A stretch of 38,324 nt of DNA, taken from a virus. The stretch lies in the IMG/VR virus record IMGVR_UViG_3300047496_000311; one strand, written 5' to 3'. The first letter of the stretch is position 1. Each line of letters starts with the position of its first letter. The position numbers were made by a program, and so were the translations under genes. This document shows positions 31,067 through 38,324 of the stretch, in pieces. The notes under the pieces are model-generated. The model worked only from the letters and a program-made list of their open reading frames with translations. It did not search any database and was not told where the DNA came from.

Positions 31067-32260
31067 ATGGCTAAAAGATACCCCCAAAATAGATTGACTG
31101 GAGTTAACCCCCTGAGCTATATGGGGGTTAATCCCTCAACGCCCCCTGACAGTGCGATTTATGGTTATGATCCAACCACCAATGATACCCAGTTTATTAT
31201 TGGTACTTTATGGATAAATCCCGTTGATGTAACGATATGGATGTTAACGGGCGTCAGTGATGCGATAGCAAATTGGGTTCAATTATATCCCGGCGGTGGT
31301 GCTGGTGCCACTGATTTTCCCACTAACTCTGGTACGGCAGTAGAGAGTGGTGGCGTTTTAAATATGCTGGGTGCGAACGTTATAGCCACTTCAGGAGCAA
31401 GCCATACCGTGACAGTGGCCCTCAGTAATGGTACCAATGGTCAAACACTGATTGGTGGCGGTTCATCACCGGTATGGGCTAATATTACGTCTAATGCAAG
31501 CACGATAACCATAACCAATGGTGCCAACAGCATCGATTTATCGGTTACCTCAGAGGCGGTAGATCAATTTGTTACCGATTCCGGAACTGCGGTTCCCGTC
31601 GGTGGGCATATTAACATACTGGGAACTAATCTGGTAACCACTTCCGGAAGCGGCCATACCGTTACGGTAGGCCTGACTGAAGGAACCAATGGTCAGCTAC
31701 CCATAGCAGCTACCGGTGGCAATGTTGCGTACGCAAATATCACTAGTCATGATGGCTCGGTAACTATTACTAATGGTGCTAATACCATTGACTTATCGGT
31801 GGGTGGTGGTGGTTCTTCGACCTCTAATTTCTTGTATTATCAAGCGACCAATTCATCTGCCCTTAGTGCGGGAACCTATTATCTGGGAGCGATAGTGGCA
31901 TTAACGAAGGTATTTGACGCAGGAAACAACGTTTCTCCGGGGAATGGTAGTGGTACAGCTGCGGTGTTTACTGCTCCCACAAAAGGAGTATATCTTCTTG
32001 GTGGTGCAGTGGCAAACGTGGTAGCCGGTTCTCCTGCTAGTATGCAGATGAATATCCAAACGTCACAGGGAGACTTTCCTTTATCTATGGGTAATACCTC
32101 TTTTAATAACGTTGATGAGCGCATCATCATTGAATTAAATCAAAACGATACGGTAATGTGGTCGTTTAACTGGAGTATTGGAGGCGCTACGCAAACCGTG
32201 GAAGGGGGATCTGTTCCGTATCTTACCTATATTTATGGTTATTTAGTTATGTCCACTTAG
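31067..32260 (+). CDS. tail fibre / receptor-binding protein with C1q/TNF-like C-terminal domain (paralogue 1)
   Basis: 397 aa. Two ~80-aa internal repeats (TNSGTAVESGGVLNMLGANVIATSGASHTVTV...ITNGANSIDLSV). C-terminus FLYYQATN...NGSGTAAVFTAPTKGVYLLGG...LNQNDTVMW...YLTYIYGYLV. Confidence 0.6.
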   Translation: MAKRYPQNRLTGVNPLSYMGVNPSTPPDSAIYGYDPTTNDTQFIIGTLWINPVDVTIWMLTGVSDAIANWVQLYPGGGAGATDFPTNSGTAVESGGVLNMLGANVIATSGASHTVTVALSNGTNGQTLIGGGSSPVWANITSNASTITITNGANSIDLSVTSEAVDQFVTDSGTAVPVGGHINILGTNLVTTSGSGHTVTVGLTEGTNGQLPIAATGGNVAYANITSHDGSVTITNGANTIDLSVGGGGSSTSNFLYYQATNSSALSAGTYYLGAIVALTKVFDAGNNVSPGNGSGTAAVFTAPTKGVYLLGGAVANVVAGSPASMQMNIQTSQGDFPLSMGNTSFNNVDERIIIELNQNDTVMWSFNWSIGGATQTVEGGSVPYLTYIYGYLVMST

Positions 32261-32268
32261 GGAGTCTC

Positions 32269-33450
32269 ATGGCGAAGAAATATCAGCAAAATTATCTCAG
32301 TAATCAACCCCTTGCATATATGGGCGTAGAGCCAAGCTCTCCACTCGATACCACGGTCCAGCGACGTGCACCGACCGTACGTGATACAGGGTTTGCCATT
32401 GGCACTTTTTGGTTACAACCCACTGGCATTGGTGTATGGATGTTGGTTAATATATCTCAGGGATCGGCAGTATGGGTTCCCTTGTATCCAAATAGTGGCG
32501 CGGGGGCCAGCTCTTTTCCCACTAACTCGGGAACAGCGACATCGTTAAATGGTGTCTTAAATATGCTTGGATCCAACGTTGTTACCACTTCTGGTGCGGG
32601 AAATACCGTGTCGATATCATTAGTGAATGGTACCAATGGTCAAATATTAATCGGTGGTGGTTCCAATCCCGCTTGGGAAAACATAACCTCCAACGATGGC
32701 AGCGTATCTATAACCAATGGTCCCAATAGTATTAATCTAGAGGTAAGCGCAGCGGGAGTTAATACCGTCGGTACTAACTCGGGAACCGCAACCGCATCAG
32801 GCAATTCCATTACGTTATCGGGTGCAAATATATTAACCACTTCAGCAAGTGGTAATACAGTGACGGTGGCATTCCGTGAGTCCACCAATGGTAAGGTTCC
32901 CATAGCAGCAACATCTGGTGCCACGGCGTATGCAAATATCACTTCTTTGGACTCCAGTCTGACGATAACCAATGGTCCCAACAGCATCGATATTATTGTC
33001 ACTGGTGGTGGCGGTGGTGGTTCTAAGCCAAACTTCTTCTATTATCAGGCGAGTAATTCACCGTCGTTGACACCGGGAATATATTTCTTGGGTACGTATG
33101 AAGCGTTAACTAAGGTAATAGACACTGGTAATAATGTGTATCCTGGTGATGGGTCGGGGACGGCTGCATCTTTTACTGCCCCTGTGGACGGTGTTTATTT
33201 AATTGGAGGGGGAGTTAACTCGCTTACCAATATCCAGCTTGAATTCTTTTTGGTAACAACATCAAGTGCTTTCGGTATTTATCAGGGAACGACCACATCA
33301 AGCGCTGGTATTGCGGGAGCGGTATTAGTGAACTTAAGTGCAAGTGACACCGTTAAGTGGGAGGCTATTACCGGTCTTTCTGGAATTATAAATGGCGGAA
33401 CACAGCCATATTATACATGGATATATGGTTATTTGGTTGCTCAGACATAG
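32269..33450 (+). CDS. tail fibre / receptor-binding protein with C1q/TNF-like C-terminal domain (paralogue 2)
   Basis: 393 aa. Same architecture. C-terminus FFYYQASN...DGSGTAASFTAPVDGVYLIGG...LSASDTVKW...YYTWIYGYLV. Confidence 0.6.
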   Translation: MAKKYQQNYLSNQPLAYMGVEPSSPLDTTVQRRAPTVRDTGFAIGTFWLQPTGIGVWMLVNISQGSAVWVPLYPNSGAGASSFPTNSGTATSLNGVLNMLGSNVVTTSGAGNTVSISLVNGTNGQILIGGGSNPAWENITSNDGSVSITNGPNSINLEVSAAGVNTVGTNSGTATASGNSITLSGANILTTSASGNTVTVAFRESTNGKVPIAATSGATAYANITSLDSSLTITNGPNSIDIIVTGGGGGGSKPNFFYYQASNSPSLTPGIYFLGTYEALTKVIDTGNNVYPGDGSGTAASFTAPVDGVYLIGGGVNSLTNIQLEFFLVTTSSAFGIYQGTTTSSAGIAGAVLVNLSASDTVKWEAITGLSGIINGGTQPYYTWIYGYLVAQT

Positions 33451-33458
33451 GGAGAGAC

Positions 33459-34751
33459 ATGGTATCATCAGTAAATAGAAGAGTCGCATCGGCGAATGCG
33501 CTCAGTTATATGGGAGTTAATCCCGCAACGCCACCAAATTTAGTTACGTACACATTTGCACCAGCCACCGATGACACGAATGCTCCCCTAGGGACTTTGT
33601 GGTTGGTTATTGATCCCACTAACCCAAGTCCCCCTACCCCACAAATATGGTTATTGGGAAACGTTGTTGGCTTTACGGCAACGTGGGTTGAACTTTATCC
33701 CGGCTCCGGATCTGGTGTGAATCAAATCGTCACCAATATGGGCACCGCTATCGAATCTATGGGCGCCATCAATATATTTGGCGTCAATGTTATAACCACC
33801 ACCGGCTCGGGCAACACCGTTACCATTGAAATGACCGATGGCACCGATGGCCAACTATTGATTGGTGGTGGCACCGAACCGCAGTGGGCGAATTTAACTT
33901 CAACGGGGGGAACGGTAACCATTAGCACAGGAGCCAATACCCTTAATATTGAGGCCACCGTAAGTGGTAACATCCATGACATAGTGACCGACAGCGGGAC
34001 AGCCACTGAGTCCAACAATATTATCAATATTCTTGGTGGTACTCTGATTAATACATCAGCAAGTGGTAATACGATAACGATTGCCATGGACAATGGCTTA
34101 AATGGACAGGTTCCCATAGCTGCCACGAGTGCCGCCACGGCGTATGCAAATCTAATGAGCCATGACGGATCTGTTTTTATAACCAATGGTCCCAATAGTA
34201 TAGATCTATCCGTGCAGGCATCAACCAAGAGCGGATTCTTTTATTATCAGGCAACCGATTACGTGGTTACTTATGGTACACAGACCACGTTCTATTTGGG
34301 CGCTTCAAAAATATTAACCAAGCTGTTTGATGTCAATAATGACGTCTATCCCGGGAATGGTACCTATAACTTCACCAACTATCCACCACCATCACCAATG
34401 CCCAATAGCTTTCCGGGAAGAGCTTATTTCACTGCTCCTGTCACGGGTACCTATATGTTTGGCACCGGTATACTCACGAATAATGGGAATCTTTTGGCAG
34501 CCCCGGCAATAGGTATAGGAACCTCCGAGATTGCAACTCAGTTTTATGCACTCTTTATTTTCCAGCCGCCAACGGGGCCACAGTTAACTATTTCCAATAG
34601 AGCTGAGACACTCATCAGTTTGACTAAAGGCCAGCAGGTATGGGTGGGAACACGGGTAGTAACGCGAGGCGGAGCTTCAACAGTCTATGGAGGATCTGGT
34701 AGTCCCAACTATGTTACGTATTTTTGGGGATTCCTTGTGTATCAATCATAA
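33459..34751 (+). CDS. tail fibre / receptor-binding protein with C1q/TNF-like C-terminal domain (paralogue 3)
   Basis: ATG at 33459 after gggaga. 430 aa. C-terminus FFYYQATD...GRAYFTAPVTGTYMFGTG...LTKGQQVWV...YVTYFWGFLV. Confidence 0.6.
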   Translation: MVSSVNRRVASANALSYMGVNPATPPNLVTYTFAPATDDTNAPLGTLWLVIDPTNPSPPTPQIWLLGNVVGFTATWVELYPGSGSGVNQIVTNMGTAIESMGAINIFGVNVITTTGSGNTVTIEMTDGTDGQLLIGGGTEPQWANLTSTGGTVTISTGANTLNIEATVSGNIHDIVTDSGTATESNNIINILGGTLINTSASGNTITIAMDNGLNGQVPIAATSAATAYANLMSHDGSVFITNGPNSIDLSVQASTKSGFFYYQATDYVVTYGTQTTFYLGASKILTKLFDVNNDVYPGNGTYNFTNYPPPSPMPNSFPGRAYFTAPVTGTYMFGTGILTNNGNLLAAPAIGIGTSEIATQFYALFIFQPPTGPQLTISNRAETLISLTKGQQVWVGTRVVTRGGASTVYGGSGSPNYVTYFWGFLVYQS

Positions 34752-34758
34752 CAAATCT

Positions 34759-34778
34759 GCCCTGGTTTTACCCAGGGC
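34759..34778. terminator. hairpin between convergent operons
   Basis: gccctgg (34759..34765), ttttac, ccagggc (34772..34778). Weak U-tracts on both strands. Confidence 0.4.
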
Positions 34779-34823
34779 AACAGCAGTATATTTAAAACAC
34801 ATTGTTTATGTTTTCATACATTA

Positions 34824-35051
34824 TTATTCTATATTACTTTTAGTTTTTTTTCTAGTCATTTCCTGCTTTTCAGATATTTTCCTGTCTACTTTTTCTATTT
34901 TGTAGTGAAGCGTATCTAATCGCTCGTTGTAATCAGAGTTAAATTCTAGTATTTCTGACTTCAGGCAGTTGATCTTGCATTTAACCCAGAGGGTTAATAA
35001 AAGAGATGCTAAAGCCATTACTGCGTAATATCCTATTTTAATCATTACCAT
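34824..35051 (-). CDS. small TM plus coiled-coil protein
   Basis: 75 aa. IGYYAVMALASLLLTLWV hydrophobic span, then a charged helix. Confidence 0.45.
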   Translation of the reverse strand: MVMIKIGYYAVMALASLLLTLWVKCKINCLKSEILEFNSDYNERLDTLHYKIEKVDRKISEKQEMTRKKTKSNIE

Positions 35052-35235
35052 CTATAAGCTCCCATATTGGATTGGACTCGTCTTTGTTTACCTGAATATA
35101 ACGTAGTCGCTGGCTTTCGAGAAGCAATTCTCCATTAATATTCTTTGGTTCTTTAAGATTCACAATACAGACGGTTCCCCGCGGAGCCGGATCTAGTCTG
35201 GTTGGGCTACTACGCCGCTGGATTTGCATATACAT
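35038..35235 (-). CDS. hypothetical protein
   Basis: 65-aa ORF. Overlaps the upstream ORF by 43 nt, so the start may be the ATG at 35229. Confidence 0.35.
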   Translation of the reverse strand: MYMQIQRRSSPTRLDPAPRGTVCIVNLKEPKNINGELLLESQRLRYIQVNKDESNPIWELIDGND

Positions 35236-35513
35236 TCTCCCACTCGGATCATTTTAATCCTGCGTATTTCGTTTATGGTTGACCGATATTTTGATCTTTC
35301 CATATCAGATAAGCGTACAATCCCCAAACGCTTGAAAATACTAAGGCACAGCTCAATATCATTGCCCAGTTCATATTCAAGTTCCTCCACTTGATGCGGT
35401 GTGACATATTTATCTTCATTAGATGATGGCGCGGTAGCAGGCCTTTCGTCAAGAGATTCAGATACTATTTTCTGCAACGCCTGTAATTGTTCGAGTATTT
35501 CTTTTTTATTCAT
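35193..35513 (-). CDS. hypothetical protein sharing a C-terminal module with the Erf protein
   Basis: VTPHQVEELEYELGNDIELCLSIFKRLGIVRLSDMERSKYRSTINEI aligns with the Erf C-terminus ISDKQAGLLRFKLQNNKEKELAILKRLNISRLEEMPWSKFSEVLDYA. Confidence 0.5.
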   Translation of the reverse strand: MNKKEILEQLQALQKIVSESLDERPATAPSSNEDKYVTPHQVEELEYELGNDIELCLSIFKRLGIVRLSDMERSKYRSTINEIRRIKMIRVGECICKSSGVVAQPD

Positions 35514-35869
35514 TGTAACCCTTGCTTTAGGTATATTGCTTGGTCAATCACTGAAAACATATTTTCAAGTAAGGTGATTGTATTATTTAATACAGGTATA
35601 ATATTATCCAGATATGCCTGTTCTTTTTCATCCAATGGTCGTCGACCCGCGTTTTTTTTTGCCATAATCACAAGGCATGTTTCCGCGATTGATTTTGCTT
35701 CATCGTAGCAACCCATAATCTCTGAAAATTTTTCTTGGCCTTCAATGCTAAGGTCTTTAAAGAATGAATCATATTCTGGTGATTTTATGAGCCACAGAAG
35801 ATAATATGCCTTCATTATTCCAATAATTACTTCTTCGTTTTTATCTGTGTCTTTAAATATATTAAACAT
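35510..35869 (-). CDS. hypothetical protein
   Basis: 119 aa, helical. N-terminus MFNIFKD resembles the neighbour's MLNIFKK. Confidence 0.5.
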   Translation of the reverse strand: MFNIFKDTDKNEEVIIGIMKAYYLLWLIKSPEYDSFFKDLSIEGQEKFSEIMGCYDEAKSIAETCLVIMAKKNAGRRPLDEKEQAYLDNIIPVLNNTITLLENMFSVIDQAIYLKQGLQ

Positions 35870-35878
35870 GACTATCCT

Positions 35879-36283
35879 TTATTCTTTTATGGATTTCTTA
35901 TGTTCCAATTCCATCATTTCTCTTACTCCGGGATGATTGAATATGGCAGCCAGGGCCTCTCTGAGTTGTTGTGTTCTCTCCGGCAATTCTTTAAAGATAT
36001 CTTGATGCCCGGGCAATACATCATCAAGAATTTCTTTATGATTTCCTAGCATTGTGTACATGAGCCATAGGTCGGTTATGATTTCAATGTCGTTGTTTAA
36101 TACGTCCAGTAGCTGCGTGGCGCACTTACCTTCTCCATTTACAACGATTTCCGAACCTTCTAGTGCCTTTATAATCTTATTCTTGCGCATGTTTATCGAA
36201 TTTAGTGTATACCAACATTTAATGATGTTGTTTGCCGTTTGTAAGTCTTTGGGCGCTTCATTTTTTTTAAATATATTCAACAT
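35879..36283 (-). CDS. hypothetical protein
   Basis: 134 aa, helical. Possible distant paralogue of 35510..35869. Confidence 0.5.
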   Translation of the reverse strand: MLNIFKKNEAPKDLQTANNIIKCWYTLNSINMRKNKIIKALEGSEIVVNGEGKCATQLLDVLNNDIEIITDLWLMYTMLGNHKEILDDVLPGHQDIFKELPERTQQLREALAAIFNHPGVREMMELEHKKSIKE

Positions 36284-36285
36284 GA

Positions 36286-37620
36286 CTATCTTTCTTGAAA
36301 TAAAGTATATTCTTTAGTGTACAGCATCGGAATAATACCTAATGGGCCATTTCTATGCTTTGCTATTATTAAATCCGCGGTGTTTTGTTCCGAGGAGTCA
36401 TTGTACATGCCTTCGCGATGTAAAAACATGACAATGTCAGCGTCTTGTTCTATAGCTCCGGAATCCCTTAAATCTGAAAGAACAGGTCTTTTATCTGCTC
36501 TGGTTTCAATGTTTCGGGACAACTGTGAAAGCGCCAAGATAGGTATATCAAGTTCTCTAGCTAATTCTTTAAGCGCTCTACTGATGGATGATATTTCTTG
36601 GTTGCGATTATCAAAGTCACGATAATCTTCTCCATTGATAAGCTGCAAATAATCTACTATAAGAAACTTAATATTACAGGTCATCTTCGCTTGTCGTATT
36701 GAAGACCTGATGCTATTAAGCTCTGATGAAGACTCTTGGATGTAGAAGGGGTATTGTGTTAATGTGGCCACCGTAGGAGTTATTCTTTCCCATTCATCTG
36801 AATTAAGGTCATCACCCTTCAGCTTAGATATTGATACCCGAGCAGTTCCCCCAATAAGGCGTAATCCCAATTCCCGCTTACTCATCTCGAGTGATAAAAA
36901 CGCTGTGGCATGACCATTTTGGGCTGCACCCAAACCAAGCCAGAGTGATAAGGCGCTTTTACCCACGCTTGGACGTGCCCCAAGAATAATAAGATCGCCG
37001 GGATAGAACCCATTGAGAATCTTATCCAGCTTGGTAAATCCTGTGTGGATACCACTCTTTCTATCTTTTATGCTGTTAATGAAACCTATACTATCGTGTA
37101 GTGTAGAGGTGATATTATCGAACTTATTTATGTTGTTTTTTCTGTGAGCAAGTTTCATAATCTCTTTTTGTGCTATTTGAAGGATTTCTGATTCATCTTT
37201 ATGATCCGGCTTCAAACACTCTCCCTCAAGTCTTTTACCGAGAAAATACATTTCTCTCAAAAGAGATTTCTTTTTAAGTATCTTTATATATTCTTCATTT
37301 AATCCATCCGCTTGAAACTTTTCTACTAAATCAATTAAAAATATATGGTCTTCGGCTATATCAACGAATCCCTTCTTTACCAACTCTTCCTGGACGATCA
37401 ACACATCAACAGGTATTTTTCTGGTATGAAGATCCTTTAGAGTTTTAAAAATTATTTTATGGCGAGTAGAATGAAAATCATCCTCCTCTAGGGCCTCATA
37501 AACCGCATTAACTATTTCATGATCACCCCCCAGGAACCATAAAGTGCCAATGACCACTTCTTCTACTTTTAAATTGTATAAAACAATGCTGGTTAGTACT
37601 TCGTTCTCATTTTTCTTCAC
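36286..37620 (-). CDS. dnaB: replicative DNA helicase, DnaB family
   Basis: 444 aa, GTG start. Walker A GARPSVGKSALSL, LSLEMS, Walker B FLIVDYLQL, ISRALKELARELDIPILALSQLSR and RDSGAIEQDADIVMFLHR are canonical DnaB motifs. Confidence 0.9.
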   Translation of the reverse strand: MKKNENEVLTSIVLYNLKVEEVVIGTLWFLGGDHEIVNAVYEALEEDDFHSTRHKIIFKTLKDLHTRKIPVDVLIVQEELVKKGFVDIAEDHIFLIDLVEKFQADGLNEEYIKILKKKSLLREMYFLGKRLEGECLKPDHKDESEILQIAQKEIMKLAHRKNNINKFDNITSTLHDSIGFINSIKDRKSGIHTGFTKLDKILNGFYPGDLIILGARPSVGKSALSLWLGLGAAQNGHATAFLSLEMSKRELGLRLIGGTARVSISKLKGDDLNSDEWERITPTVATLTQYPFYIQESSSELNSIRSSIRQAKMTCNIKFLIVDYLQLINGEDYRDFDNRNQEISSISRALKELARELDIPILALSQLSRNIETRADKRPVLSDLRDSGAIEQDADIVMFLHREGMYNDSSEQNTADLIIAKHRNGPLGIIPMLYTKEYTLFQER

Positions 37621-37643
37621 TGCTTAGTCTCACTGCTAAAACA

Positions 37644-38198
37644 TCACTTACTCGCGTAGTCCAGAACCTCACTAAATTTACTCCATGGCATCTCCTCAAG
37701 CCGTGAAATATTTAATCTTTTTAAGATTGCTAACTCTTTTTCCTTATTGTTTTGCAGTTTGAATCGAAGCAATCCAGCCTGTTTATCTGAGATGGTATTA
37801 CTCTTTGACGCTACTTCTCCATCATTATCAGCTTCGTCATCCTCTGCCGCTAATCCCAACAGCAACATAATGTGATACCGAGAATGATAGGTGCATGAAC
37901 CACCAAATGCCTGGTCATTACTTTGTGGATTATCTGCCGGAGTCAATGTAGAGACTGATGAGATGTACTGACCAGTCTCAATGTGAACGACGATGGTCTT
38001 TAACGCTTGTTTTTCACCAATGTGACACAACTCCTGGAAAAATTTTAATCCGTGCTTAGAAGTCATTTTTGACACGGTTTCAATTATCTGGGATCGAGAG
38101 GCGTAGGTACTTTTATGGCCCTTGGAGTCTTTCCGTATGATAACCCCAAACTCCTTGTGCATGGCATCAAGAGCTGCCATTATTTTATTTAGTTCCAT
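37644..38198 (-). CDS. erf: Erf-family single-strand annealing (recombination) protein
   Basis: Start taken at the ATG at 38198 (MELNK...) after gggaga. KSTYASRSQIIETVSKMTSKHGL...VVHIETGQYIS...QAFGGSCTYHSRYHIMLLLGLAAEDDEADNDG matches the ERF pattern (kY.Ya.l..i...v...l.khGl; GSa.TY.rRY.l...lGi..eDDD). Confidence 0.75.
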   Translation of the reverse strand: MELNKIMAALDAMHKEFGVIIRKDSKGHKSTYASRSQIIETVSKMTSKHGLKFFQELCHIGEKQALKTIVVHIETGQYISSVSTLTPADNPQSNDQAFGGSCTYHSRYHIMLLLGLAAEDDEADNDGEVASKSNTISDKQAGLLRFKLQNNKEKELAILKRLNISRLEEMPWSKFSEVLDYASK

Positions 38199-38324
38199 AA
38201 TTATCTCCCAGTAAATCATAATGGTCTTTCAGAAAGTTTATAATCTTAAACATAGAATAATGGTGCGGCTTGGTCTGGCCACAAATAAAGCGTCTCAGTG
38301 TATTGATATTGATATTGATGTTCC
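38185..38324 (-). CDS. 3' portion of the junction-spanning HTH gene (second representation of 1..127 plus the last 13 nt with the stop)
   Basis: The reading frame from 236 continues through the repeat and ends ...GDNYGTK-TAA at 38187..38185, overlapping the erf start. Confidence 0.6.
   Translation of the reverse strand, partial: NINININTLRRFICGQTKPHHYSMFKIINFLKDHYDLLGDNYGTK
38198..38324. repeat. terminal direct repeat, identical to 1..127
   Basis: See the feature at 1..127. Confidence 0.95.

Noticed and set aside
27318-34228. Numerous long minus-strand ORFs inside the fibre genes (for example 27579..27992, 28762..29127, 29534..39839-type calls, 32640..33002, 33722..34228)
   Set aside because: The repetitive Gly/Thr/Ser/Ala codon composition of fibre genes keeps the antisense frames open. 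The plus-strand ORFs have RBSs, tight coupling and recognisable fibre modules.
27157-34751. Diversity-generating retroelement or shufflon acting on the fibre tips
   Set aside because: There is no reverse transcriptase, template repeat or invertase/recombinase anywhere in the genome. The paralogue similarity is at protein-module level, not near-identical VR/TR DNA pairs.

Overview
The window is a complete, circularly closed tailed-phage genome. Bases 1-127 are identical to 38198-38324, so the unique length is 38,197 bp. There is no tail sheath, tape-measure or chaperone-frameshift cassette, so it looks podovirus-like. I saw no rRNA, tRNA, CRISPR array, integrase, transposase or DNA polymerase. 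Layout: (i) a leftward early module, 34824..38198 and across the junction to 236: Cro/XRE-like HTH, Erf-type annealing protein, DnaB helicase and small ORFs. (ii) A rightward module, 514..24870: HTH/replication-like protein, RusA, small terminase, TerL, a 3.6-kb accessory island of secreted and membrane proteins, portal, scaffold, major capsid, decoration-like and tail/internal proteins. (iii) A leftward island, 24874..27049: RHH protein, orphan HigA-like protein, a primase zinc-finger relic and tiny membrane ORFs. (iv) A rightward 7.6-kb block of eight fibre/spike-like genes, 27157..34751. The strongest finding is that the major capsid gene (14703..16283) is split by three ORF-less group I introns of about 210 nt. 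I can place their splice sites from P1 pairings, terminal G residues and frame restoration, and the three introns are mosaics of one another. Second is a compact cassette (7871..9017): a signal peptide, a Hint (intein-like) autoprocessing domain that keeps only its C-terminal HN motif, and a 131-aa glycine-zipper hydrophobic module, translationally coupled to a 2-TM mini-protein. This resembles a polymorphic-toxin/immunity pair or an unconventional lysis device, and I recognised no canonical endolysin or holin. Other points: a module-shuffled fibre arsenal with three C1q/TNF-like tips, a G10 tract inside a fibre gene, a zinc-ligand-less CHC2 primase finger, an orphan HigA-like protein and several tandem duplications. 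All functional calls come from reading motifs by eye; no database search was possible.
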